Of a stretch of 61,339 nucleotides of DNA, positions 49,976 to 61,339 are shown piece after piece. The first letter of the stretch is position 1; the number at the start of each line of letters is the position of its first letter. The position numbers were made by a program, and so were the translations under genes. Origin of the DNA: Polymyxa betae A26-41 (lineage: Eukaryota; Protista; Endomyxa: Phytomyxea); contig RBZT01000774.1 in the NCBI GenBank assembly GCA_003693705.1, positions 1-61,339 on the forward strand, written 5' to 3'. The notes under the pieces were generated by a model that did no database searches, was not told the DNA's origin, and worked only from the letters and a program-made list of their open reading frames with translations.

Positions 49976-52900
49976 TCATCCGGGACCAGTCACTGCCAGC
50001 CACGGATGCTGCAAGGCGTCCCGAATCGTCAGACGTAGATTGGGCTGCGGCTGTAACAAACACCGAATCATATCCTTGGCGTTGTCCGAAACTCCGTCCC
50101 AGACAGGCCCAGTCAGATCAAAACTGCAGCTCAGAATCTACAGAGGCATTCGAAACCCTAACCCTAGCAAACCCCAAAACGAACACACCTTTCGACACGC
50201 CTCGCGTACATTAGACATTGAAAACGGCATGCGCGCACTCAGCAGGGCGTACAGGACCACGCCGGCGCTCCAGGCGTCGACCTCGCGTCCGTAACCGGTC
50301 TTCATCAGGATTTCGGGCGCCGCGTACTCCAGGGTCCCGCACGACCGCATCATGGTCTGGTCCGGGGCCGTGAACTTGCTCAGGCCGAAATCGACCAGCT
50401 GCGAGGCGAGGACTCAGTCGCGTGCTGGACCAACGGGCATCACGGATTTAGGGTTTACCAGGATCCGGTCGTCGCGATCTTCGGACTCGACCATGATGTT
50501 CTCCAACTTCAAATCACTGAACATTCAGTGTCAGATTGAATCATTTTAAGCCTTTATATAAAAAAAAAAAGGAAACTTCAAAATTTTCAGTGCTGTTCTT
50601 TGGTTTTGAGATTCTCTATGAAATGCTTCCAAATGGTAAAGCGTTTTTCAAATGTTGTGAAATGTTGTGTCTTGGGCAATTTCAAATGAAAATGGATGAT
50701 CAAAAGAAAGATTGAAGTTACCGATGGACGATTCCGCGCTCATGCAGATGCTGGATGGCTGTTAGGATTTGTACGAAAATGATTCGGGCTCTGGGCTCCG
50801 AGTATGGGCCCTTGGCATTCAAGCGTTCGCAGAGATCGCCGCCTGGAAAATCGGTAACATTAGCCACAGTAACGTAACATTTAACATAAAGAGACGCTCT
50901 CCGCAGACCAGAAACACAACTTGAAAGATAACAAGAATGATCTGAATGAAGAAACGTAAATCCGTAACGAATGCTGACGTTACCGACCCGGAATGAACTG
51001 CATAATCAGCTGAATGCGCGTCTGGGTCTCGAACACGTTCTTCAATGAAACGATATTGCTATGATGCACGAACTGATGGATGGCGACTTCGTTACGCAGC
51101 AGCGGGCGCAGATCCTCGCCGACCGCTACAAACCCAATCATCAGACACCCGCCGGTCGTACAGCCCCGCGGCACGATCCGCCACTCACTCGACTTATCAA
51201 TGACTTTCAGTGCGAAGACGGCGCCGTCATCGCGACGCCGACAACGATACACCTTCGAGAAGCGCCCGTTGCCGACTTCCTCTCCGATCTCGTAATATTG
51301 CTGCGCAACGGATTCAGCCGGAATCTGGGCCTGCACGACGAAACACGGACCTCGAGATCAGTGTGCTTGGCGGCGTTGCGTAACGCCTGGACCCAGCTAT
51401 CGCGTTCGTCACGGGTGGCGCAGAAGAAGACGCGCGACACGTCGCAGATGGGCGAGTACAGCTCGAGGCCCCAGCGCAGGCGCGAGCGGCCCTGCCGTTC
51501 GGGCAGCGGTTCGGCGTAGCAGTTCTCGAGGCAAATGACGTGCGACGGGCGAATCGATTTCCTGTTCCCGAACGTGTGCAGGAAATTGCCCTGGATGACG
51601 CACCAGCGCTGTTTCACCACCTAGACAGATAGATAACGTGTCATAAGAAACGTAACATAAACAGTCAGAGAATTTCAAAAAGGTCCAAAGAAGTTTAGAA
51701 TTGAGAAGAAGCGCGGACTGGAAACATAGCACACAGTGAGAAAATTTAAGACAGCGCACTTAAAAAAAAGAAAATTGGCTTATAGAAACCATTCATTTGA
51801 AAACGTTAAAAAAAACGTTTTGAAAAATTGGTAAGCTGCGAACTGATGAACCACGAAATTGCAAAAACAACAAAAACAACACGTTTTTGGAATATTGTGC
51901 GCACTCTGCGAAAAATCTTGCCAAGTTTCCACAGGTGGCCCTTCATAGTGGCGCGGCCTGCGCTATCCTTCCTATAGAACAGCAAGTATGAGCCCCCATT
52001 TGGCCCCATCACCCCACAACCCTAACCTGTGCCCGAACATCGGCTCGATCGGGTCGCTAAATCGTCGCCCGCAATGGACACAGAAGTGGCATTGGACTCG
52101 GCAGCGGCACGTGTCGCAGGCAAGTTGGACGACGCCGGCGGCTTCGACGACGTACTCGCCCAGCTCGGTGCCGCATTGGGGGCAGTAGCAGACCCGCAGG
52201 GTGTAGTGACAGCCTTCGCAAGGCATTAAGATAAAATTCCTGCAAAACGGCATTAATAGAGAAGATTTTAAAAAGTTTTCGATTACCGATTGCAAGGTTC
52301 GTCGGCGGTGCAGGGCGACTCAGACGTTGCCGTTTGTTGGGACGGACGTTTACGAGGGCTGGAAGCGAGACCCGACCCGGGCGTACGGTCGCTGCGTGAT
52401 GATCCTCTGGAACTACAGCATGACGAATCAGACAACTGCCGGTGCAGCAGCTGCGAGACGAATGTTAACACAAATCGACTATGAAGACGTAAAACAACCT
52501 TAATTTCTGAAAGCAACCGATAGCAACAGAAAGCAGCAAGCTTGAAAAATGTTTTAATTGAAATTTTAGGTTTAATCAGGACACGTTGTGAAGTGTTACT
52601 ATTCGAGAAATCCATAAAAAGTTGATTGAATCTCTCAGAACAATACTTACAACAGCCAACAAAAAGCTGAAAAATTGCTTAAAACAGTCATAAGCCAGTT
52701 AACCAAAGAGTTTTGGATTCACATTAAAATCCTCATGCAAAAGGTGGTCGAATCACATCGAAACCCTACCCTATCTAGCGTGAGTTGCGGTTCAGCTAGG
52801 ACGGTGCCGCAGCGCTCCTGAAACGCGACCGTCTTCCGTTCGCGGATCAGGAACGAGATGATATCGCCGACCGTATTGTGCTCGCGGGCCTGTACGCTCA

Positions 52901-53666
52901 TCAAACCCGATCCGATCATTTGATCCCCCTACACATACCCAGGTGGCGAAATCGGCTTGACCCAGCAACCCGCTGTCGCAGCCGCGGAACGCGTCCTCCA
53001 CCATCTCGTCGGTCTGTGCGTGTCAGGGTCAGCACGACTTTGCCAGGGCCAGTACGACACACGTACGCGCCGGTCGATCAGCTCCTGGGTCTGCGGCGTC
53101 AGCTGCGACCCATCGTTCTGATACGTGATGATCAAGTAGCCGGCGAACATGACGGAGCTCAGGACGGTTTTGAGCTCCGCGCGATTGATGGAGCCGCGCC
53201 CACCCACGTCGTAGATGCGAAACAGGAACTTCAACTGACCAGAGCGGGTTCAGCGACAGCGATCGAGAAACCCTAAATCCCCAGATCGGGGGTATCAAGT
53301 GCCCCGAGGCTAAAACTTGATGGGATCTTTGACCTCTGTACCTTATGTTCGGGAGAGCCGCGAAGCTGGCAGGACAGGCCGCGAAGGAACGCATCGAAAT
53401 CGATGGCGCCCACACGATCCACGTCGAAGGCGTCGAAGATGCGCTCGGAGAGAATTCCCGGCAGGTCGAACACCTTCCGGAACGTGATCTTATCGATCAT
53501 ATGGCGGTGCGAACTGCCCTTGACCATGGCCTCGTACGTTCGACATAGGACGGCCAGCTCGGCGGCGTTGACTACGAAGCGTTAGACAGCTTTGAAGGGC
53601 GAATACGAAACGCTGACATTTGCTCTGGAGCTCGATCAGCTCGGATTTACTGTGCCGAAGACCCAT
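49976..53666 (-). CDS. CDPK7-like kinase: N-myristoyl motif, EF-hands, Cys-rich zinc ribbon, PH domain, CAMK-group kinase
   Basis: MGLRHS; FDVDRVGAIDFDAF; YDVGGRGSINRAEL; CxxC x4; PH (MKGHLWKLG..QRWCVIQGNFL..RDSWVQAL); GNGRFS, ALK, HRDLKLEN, DFG, GTLEYAAPE, DAWSAG. Confidence 0.92.
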
Positions 53667-54267
53667 GGTCGCTTGGAGGACGCCAGATCCACCGAGGCGA
53701 CCAAGGTGCACTGTCGTCCGGCTTCAAGACAGATAACTAGCGGGAAAGGGGCCTCCAAAACCGATGAATGGTCAGCCGGGGCCCGGAGCGCGGCAAAAGC
53801 CCGGACTTCGGCCTCCATTAATGCCAAATATCCGCAATAACAGTTCGCTCGACTTTTCTGCCAGTTTTAAAAAACCGCGCCCAGGCCCACTTGACTTTTC
53901 GAACAGGTCGTTTGCACTGAATACAACAGTTCAGCCGCGTAAAAAACTGCGCAAATTTCACAACTTCTTTGCCGGACTGGGCCTGTGCTCTTTTGTTTAA
54001 TCGCTCACTGTTTAGAGAACCGCGCCAGTTGCGCAAATGTTGTTTAGCTGGGTTCCCTCAGGATTGTGTGTCTTTCCCACACTTTACGAGACTTCTGTAA
54101 TCAGAATATTGCGTTAAAAATTGTGTCGAGCGTGAGAGCGCCATTCAGCTATCACTTCCAGAATCAGTAAAAAAAAATGTCAGAAAAACTGCGCCAGTGT
54201 GGCAATTTTGTTCTTCGAACCCAAGACTTGATTTTGTTCTCGTTTGAGCATGCGTGCTCAGGACGCT

Positions 54268-57200
54268 ATGGATGTCCAGGCGCTGCAGCGCCGGGTCCTG
54301 ATGGCCATGCTGGCCATGAAGGCTGGCGACCCCGACCTGCACGATGCTGCAGTTGCCTCTGCAACCGGGATCACGACCTGGAAAATTCTCGTGTAATGCC
54401 GCCTTGTTGTTAGTTATCCAAGCCTTATCGTTCGTTTTCACTCTTTTTATAGCTGGAAACAGTTTTTGAATTTATTGTTGCTTTAGATATGACGATGTCG
54501 GTCGAGATATCTTGGCTCCAATTCTCCCAATTGGAGAGCTTAGGTCATTGGGCGTCACATTGAATCTGCCGATCAAAAGTCGACGAGAACGTGTTCCTGG
54601 GGTGCCTGCCATCTACCTATGTGCCCCTACAGAAGAGAATATTAACATTATTGCCAACGATGCTGCTAATTCTCTCTATGACCAGCTCTTCCTTCACTTT
54701 ACAACGTAACTTTCGATTTTTCTTACGGTTTACTCTGCATTTTTGTTCTGTCTCCTCTATGATCAATAGCAGTTTTCGTAGTTTGTATTCTGTTCTTGCT
54801 TTCGATTTTCATATTGGACTTGATTCTATCTTCGTATGGGGTTAGGTTCTTAGGTTTTTTTATGCATTCGATGCCGCCATCCCTCGAGTTTACAACGAAC
54901 TTCGATTTACTTGTCTTGTTTCCATATTTTTTGCCCGATTTTTGCTGTTTAATTGGGTCATTATGAGTATTTTCTGATTACAACCGATTTTGGTGTTGGG
55001 TTTCGTATCTCTTTATTCGCTTTTTCCATTTTTTTCGGGGGCCCATTACCCAGGATGCTGACAATGACGAAGCTTTACGTAGTGATAGTCTGATGGCGTT
55101 TTGTTCTTAGGGCATTGCCGCGCGTCTTATTGGAAGATCTCGCATTGAAATGCATCGATTCTAACTCGGCTTCGCGAATTGCCAAGATCGTCGACTTGAA
55201 CAACCAATTTGTCGCATTGGAGCCCTCATTGTTCACACTCAATATTCCGAATGTAATTTCCTTTCTTTTCTTCGCTTCTAAAACTTAAAAATCTCTTGAT
55301 GATTTTTGTCTTCATTTTCGCCAGTCTGGAGAATGTTTTTAGATTTGTGTTCCCCTTCTGCATGAGTGCTTGGTCTAACATACTTCTTAGTCGTATACTC
55401 GGCTGAGCTCGCACGACGACGCTGACATCATGGCCTGTGTTGACTCCATCACGGCTGCATTATACAGCCTGGTCTGCTCATTGGGCGCCGTCCCCATCAT
55501 CTATGCGCGCCAAGGTGAAGCCGCAGAAATAGTCGGCGAAAAACTCGAGCAACGAATCCGTATGTAGAGCTCTGTTTTCGAATTCTTAAAGCGCGACGTC
55601 AATTTGCAGACATTTTCTGCTAAGGGTTTTATATCGTTACGAATTCTTAAGGATTTATATCGTAACGAATCCTTCTTTAAAATCGTCGTCTTAATATCAT
55701 TTCGCAGTAATTCTCTATCAGATTTTCACTAACAGTTGTTTTTTGTTTTTTGTAATGATTCACTATACGTCATATGACAACTTTTTGTAGGCGAGACTCT
55801 GCGATCGCGTCCCGGGACGTTCCAAACAGCTGCGACATCCTCATTCCACCGGCCCGCCCTCATCATTGTGGATCGCAATCTGGATCTGGCCACTCCCCTG
55901 CAGCATGCCTGGACATATCAGCCCATGACCCACGACCTGCTTGGACTTCATGCCAATCGTTGCACATTGGAGCTCAAAGGACCAGGTCAGCATTTTGTTA
56001 ATGCTTTTTGGCATGCCATCGAGCGGCTTGTTTTATAATGCTTTCATATAACTTTTCGCAAGTTAGCTGTTAGTTTTGCTGCGATGTTCTTTCGGGAGAA
56101 GCTGCTAAGCTCGTGATTAGGAGGGGTTCCTAGGCGTGAAGATATCTATCTGGACCAAAGCGACGACTTCTGGGCCGAAAACCGCACCCAGACGTTCCCG
56201 GAAGTGGCAGCCCGTGTCGAGCAGCTCATGAAAGAGCATCACACCACTATGCAGGTACTCTAATCTGTCACAGATTGTTTTCCGTCTTATGCCACAATCT
56301 CGCTTCCTGCAATGGTTTCATCCCGGTGTTTTCTCTTCGCTCTAATGTCGTTTCTGTTCAGCTCTTTTTTCTGCTCTTTAAGTAACATTTTGCAATGATG
56401 TTTTCTTTTTGCTCTGAGATTCTTAAAGTTTTTTTCTTCGTCTTTTTTGTTGATTCAGTTTCAATCTTTTCGGTCTTGTCTCATTGCTTGTTGTGAAGGT
56501 TCGAAGCGACTAAATGCCATTTTTAGGGATTGAGGTCCAGTGGAGATCCGAATGACGTTGATCTGGATTCGCCCGCTGTCACTGCGCAGCTTGCTTCCAT
56601 GGTCCAAGATGTGCCCGCCATGCTCAATCGGAAACGCCAGCTCGACATCCATACTAACCTTGCCACATCGCTAATGCGAGCTGTAAGATCCAATTCATTA
56701 CGTTTTTCGTGACCTTTGAGACTCTTTTTGCTCTATCTTACTCGATGTCGTTCATGTTTTTAATATGCATCTTTCAGGTTCAAGAACGCGGCCTGGATAC
56801 GTATTTCGAGACTGAAGACCGTATGGCAGCCTCTGGGCTTTTGCCTGACAATCGCGCTCTGTTAAATCGTCTCGGACCAGACGCCAAGGTTTGTCATTGC
56901 TTTTATAGCGTTTGCAAGCTTAACTTTTTCTTTACTATTTTTTACGATTCTTTCTTCTCATTCCTTTGCTTTCGACATTTAAAGATAATCGGCTTCCATA
57001 CTGTTGCTGTGATAATGATCTGAAACTGTTTCAGGGAACGGCTGACGATAAATTACGCCTTCTGTTGTCGTACTATCTCACGAGTGACGAAGTCCCAACC
57101 GCTCAGCTATCTTCGTTCGCTGATGCTGTCGCCGCATCCGGAGCGTCGACGCTGGCGCTGGATTACGTGCGTCGCGTCCGCATGATGCGCCGTATCGCCA

Positions 57201-57692
57201 TCAAAGGCCAGCACGACGACACCAAATCGCTTCTCCAGGACATCGCCAAATCCACTGCATTCGGTTGGCTGAAAGGTAGCGTATTCTAGGCCAAGTTTCC
57301 TCTGCTTGTTGTGATATCGTCGTACAGGAAATGTTCGCAATCTGTTGCCGTTGAAGCATAAGACGCCGCTAACACGAGCGGTGGCCGAAGTGCTGCTGAG
57401 GCCTCCAGGCCCCGGTGGCTTCCGCGTGTTCGATCCGCGTTCTGGATCCAGTACGGCCGCTGCCCAGGTTCGAGCGCCGAAGTCGCGCGACGCCATCGTG
57501 GTGGTTTGCGGCGGAGGATCGTATTCTGAGGCGCATAACCTGTTTGAATGGGCGCGCGACGTCTCGGCCAATGCGCCGTCGCAGGCGCCGATTTCGATCG
57601 TGTATGGCTGTTCCGATCTGGTCAATCCAAGCTCGATGCTGCGGCAGATGGAAACGCTGGCCGATTCGTCTCCCGAAGTCGATCTAAAATAA
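54268..57692 (+). CDS. SLY1: Sec1/Munc18 family protein Sly1 (SCFD1)
   Basis: WKILVYD..DILAP..ELRSLGVTL..R..VPAIY..PTEENI..LYD; DRNLDLATPLQHAWTYQPM; DIHTNLAT; AIVVVCGGGSYSE. Confidence 0.92.
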
Positions 57693-58054
57693 ATCTCATA
57701 ATGTAACAACGTTTTTTTACAAATTGTAACGAATCACCATCTTTGCCTAAACTTTCAGGCGTTTCTCCCCGTTGTTAGGCTGATTTCAATACATTGTCAT
57801 TAGAACCAGCTCCAATATTAAAACTGACTCATTATACAATGTTTTGTATATGGATTTATATCTAAAACGGATTAAGACTGTCAGGTTTAAAAAACTCGTT
57901 CAAATCGCTAATCTGGCATTCAAGCTGCGAATTTACGTATTCCGGTCCAAAACGAATGTGAACAACAACGAATCTCGTACTAGCCTGTGCTGCTCTAGAC
58001 AACAACAAGACAAAATTCAGAAAGAGATAGCGACAATCCGAATGCCAAAAAGAA

Positions 58055-58127
58055 TCGCTCGGCCAAGCTTCGATCTTGGGACTTCTGGGTTATGGGCCCA
58101 GCACGCTGCCAACTGCGTCACCAAGCG
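58055..58127 (-). tRNA. tRNA-Met(CAT), initiator-type with atypical C1:G72
   Basis: CGCTTGG/CCGAGCG acceptor, CTGGG-CCCATAA-CCCAG anticodon arm, T-loop ATCGAAG, oligo-T terminator. Confidence 0.9.
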
Positions 58128-58481
58128 CGAATCTTCTAGTGTAGCCATGCGTTACTATAATGACTCGCATTTAAGTATGTGATTCAACAGTCGCTTACCT
58201 TTCCAACTCTTCCATCACCCAATACATAACTTCCAAAAAAATTCATGTTGAAGACGGTTTTACTAAGTAAAACTACCCCTTTAGCCATCCCGTTCTACCA
58301 TTCTATTCAACATACTTTTACACAGCTGTCATAAACCGCCTGACAAGTTACTTCAGAATTGTTTTGATGTGGGTCGTACAACCCTGAAATCCGAACGTTG
58401 ATAGCGGGTTGGGAAGTTTCAGCAACAACAATTTGCTGTATGGTGATTGACCGGGCTCGTGCTGCCCCTGAGATTGCACGA

Positions 58482-58828
58482 TTAGAAGCGATCACCGCGA
58501 ACTCGTCTGGCTAATTGGATGTCCTTGGGCATGACTGTCACCCGTTTGCCATGAATAGCGCTCAGATCAGTGTCTTCGAACAGCGATACTAGGTAGGCTG
58601 TACTGGCCTCCTTTAGGATCAATACAACGGCGTTTCCGAAACCGGATGTCAATCTTGAAATCCTGGGCGATTCCTCGAACCAGGCGCTGAAACGGCAGCT
58701 TGCAGATCAGAAGCTCGGCGGATTTTTGATACTTTCAGATATTACGCAAGGCGACGTTCCCGGGGCGGACTCGATGAGCTTTCTAGCGGCCCGGTTTGTT
58801 TTCGCGCTGTCTGCTTGTTGCGAACCAT
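58482..58828 (-). pseudogene. Histone H3 variant pseudogene
   Basis: MVRNKQTARKQ followed by a tail deletion; stop in NI*KYQKS; frameshift after DIRF; ends [24 protein letters not shown]. Confidence 0.9.
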
Positions 58829-60116
58829 CTGCGTGATTTGTATGCAATGAATTCAATCATATCAATGGCTGTCAGCGATTGTGTGTTCGTTCTGCTCCAT
58901 CTTTTTATAAGGAACATAGTATACAGAAGAATCCTTGTAATGTCACACGGCAGTATTCTGTAGGACGTCATTGACTGTAAAGCGGCGCGGCCTACCTCTG
59001 TCAGATCGCCCGTAAGATGGTCTCATTGTCCTCGATCTTCACCGTTCGTTTTGCATAGGGTTTTAGTTCGGCGCGGCGTCACTCTGTCCTATTCTATGGT
59101 CAGGATCAGTTCAGGGCGCTGTCGGGGCGCTAAGGGAAGGCGGATGGATTGGATTGGAATCGAGTCTGTCCCGCCATGAAGATCCAGCTTATTTCCCAAG
59201 TAAACTTCCAAAGCATCCCAGACATCGTTCTTCAAGTCCTTACTAGAACATAGATTTGGCTTCCAATGAGGCTGCAAGATTATATTGTGCTTTCATGCTA
59301 CTCTCTGATGCGATTTAACTCTCATTGTTTTTTATTTACGCCAAAAAATCGAAATTGTGACTTGTTTTTGGCAACGTTTAAGATTTAGTCGATGTTAGGG
59401 CTGTTAGCGGGTTCGTTTTTCCATAAAACTGGTGCAGTTTATCAATTGCGCTCACACCGGTATAAATATATTTTCTGAAAGTTTTCTACTGTCTCTATCG
59501 GGATACAATTTGGTTCATCCATCACAAATCCTATCATATCCCTAATCACACAATCTACCTCAGATTAATAACACAGATTAGATCTGTAAAGTATGAGGAT
59601 CTTAATGTGTGCGGGCGATGCACCTGTCCATAATGCTACATTGAGAAATTGTATTAATAACCCCGAAGAGACCCATCAATGGGTTTTTCGGAAATTTTTC
59701 GCACTTTCCTTATCGGCATACAAATTGGTTCATCAATCACAGACTCCTATCAGATCTCCATGGATCTCCCATTGAACTTATGCTGTATAAATCGCAACAA
59801 TTCCGTGGATCTGTACTGCAGACCAGGCAGACAGCGTTCGCACGGCAGTCGTTCAGTAAGGTCTGATTAAGCATCAAATCGTGCGTGACTGCGAGAAACT
59901 CTGCGCAACTAACGCATAAAATGTAAAGTTGAGCACTCAGCAAACTCTACAATTCTCAGTCGTTGCTGGAGACCATCTTCCTATACGATCGCTATGCAGG
60001 AGGTCCTACAAGCCCTGGAATCACACGAACGGGTTGTTCGGATATTTTCCAAAAAAAAAATCACAATTTTATAGTTCGGCGATTCGATCGGATCATCGGG
60101 CGTACTGGCCTCCTGC

Positions 60117-60530
60117 CTAGAAGCGATCGCCTCGAATTCGCCTGGCGAGCTGGATGTCCTTGGGCATGATCGTCACCCGTTTGCCGTGAATCGCACAGAG
60201 ATTCGTGTCCTCGAACAGCGACACCAAGTACGCCTCGCTGGCCTCCTGCAGGGCCAGTATGGCGGCGTTCTGGAATCGGACGTCGATCATGAAATCCTGG
60301 GCGATCTCGCGGGCCAGGCGCTGAAAGGGCAGCTTCCGTATGAGGAGCTCGGTGGTCTTCTGATATTTGCGGATCTCGCGCAGGGCGACGGTCCCGGGGC
60401 GGAATCGATGCGCCTTCTTGACGCCGCCGTTGCTGAGGGCGGTCTTCCGGGCCGCCTTCTGCGGGATCAGCTCCTTTCGCGGCGCCTTTCCGCCCATCTG
60501 CTTGCGGGCGGTCTGCTTGGTGCGAGCCAT
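60117..60530 (-). CDS. H3: Divergent histone H3 variant, intronless
   Basis: Complete H3 from ARTKQTARK to LARRIRG. Confidence 0.97.
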   Translation of the reverse strand: MARTKQTARKQMGGKAPRKELIPQKAARKTALSNGGVKKAHRFRPGTVALREIRKYQKTTELLIRKLPFQRLAREIAQDFMIDVRFQNAAILALQEASEAYLVSLFEDTNLCAIHGKRVTIMPKDIQLARRIRGDRF

Positions 60531-60919
60531 GAACGCCCTCGTTGATCAGGTAACAGATTAGAGATCGCGACTGAATGGGAGAGTACGACAGTCGCTGCGA
60601 CCAGGTCGACCTCACGAGTGCGCGACGGATTCCGTGACACACAATTTTCCAACCTTCTACTAGCAGTTCATTGTCCCATACTGAACGAGATCCTTCAAGC
60701 TCAGTCCGATCTCGTAACCTATTAATAATTTTATTTTCTGAAAAAACTTTGTAGAGTTTTCTCGAGTAACATGAACGCTGTTGATAGATCAGGTCTGTGA
60801 TTTTCATTTGGCGCAAAGATTATACTGATCGAGGCTTGGAAAAGACCCGAATTGAGCTGACGACATAGTATAGACTATAGACATTAACATCTTATAGTAT
60901 ATAACATAAACATCTGGAC

Positions 60920-61339
60920 TTAATCGCCGAAAATCCTCAATAATGCAGAAACATTCGGCGCTTTCATAGAAATCGTGACGATTACTCTTTGAATACGTTC
61001 TTGAGAACGGACTTTTGCTGCATTTACAAATGATCTTTCTAAGTTGATTTGGTGAGATTCCGACCAGTACGTAAAGTCGAATGATATTGTGCTATCAGCT
61101 ACATCCAGATAATACTGCATCATTCATAAGGACCAGCATTATCTCACAAAAAAAGTGCGTGTAGGTCCGACGTCTCGTTGTGGGGAGGGAGGTCGTGAGC
61201 GACGATCTGATCTGGGCGACGACACGCTCACGCGCTGGGGTCCACCGTTTGGTCATGGCATGATTCCGAAAGTCTCCTTACTGACACCGCCGATAATAGT
61301 CGAGCGGGCAGAGGGTGGCCCCGCCATGACACTATTTGG
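60920..61339 (-). CDS. Probable 3' exons of a gene extending past the window
   Basis: Terminal ORF 60920-61123 and a GC-rich exon-like block at 61160-61339. Confidence 0.3.

Noticed and set aside
59496-59760. Two imperfect 45-bp direct repeats as LTRs
   Set aside because: Too short, no TG..CA ends or TSD, no internal coding remnant.
60061-60816. 251-aa ORF overlapping H3, and similar long ORFs at 4742-5329 and 24868-25512
   Set aside because: Off-frame or antisense shadows of GC-rich coding exons.

Overview
Eukaryotic nuclear DNA with GT-AG introns, GC-rich exons and AT-rich introns. The CDPK7-type kinases and TTAGGG/TTTTAGGG-like motifs suggest a SAR protist, possibly a phytomyxid-like parasite; this is inference only. 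Core-type genes: SLY1, a Get2/CAML-like protein, a CNBD/GYG channel, a globin, an EF-hand protein, an ankyrin protein, a class-3 lipase, two tRNAs, and a divergent H3 plus its pseudogene. An accessory block at about 36-49 kb holds: (i) a 2.7-kb IS3EU-like TIR element (TA..TA termini, 6-bp TSD CGAAAC) carrying an alpha-kinase; (ii) a complete PIF/Harbinger element (CTG TSD); and (iii) a four-copy array of secreted acidic-prodomain/basic Cys-domain genes, one copy hit by a tRNA-like retro-insertion. Manual splicing also yields an about 752-aa signal peptide + NLS + RING-HC protein (candidate secreted E3 ligase effector) and a CDPK7-like kinase/pseudokinase pair. Short telomere-like motifs are scattered throughout, and some appear to be insertions into ORFs. 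All gene models were spliced by eye and no database searches were run.
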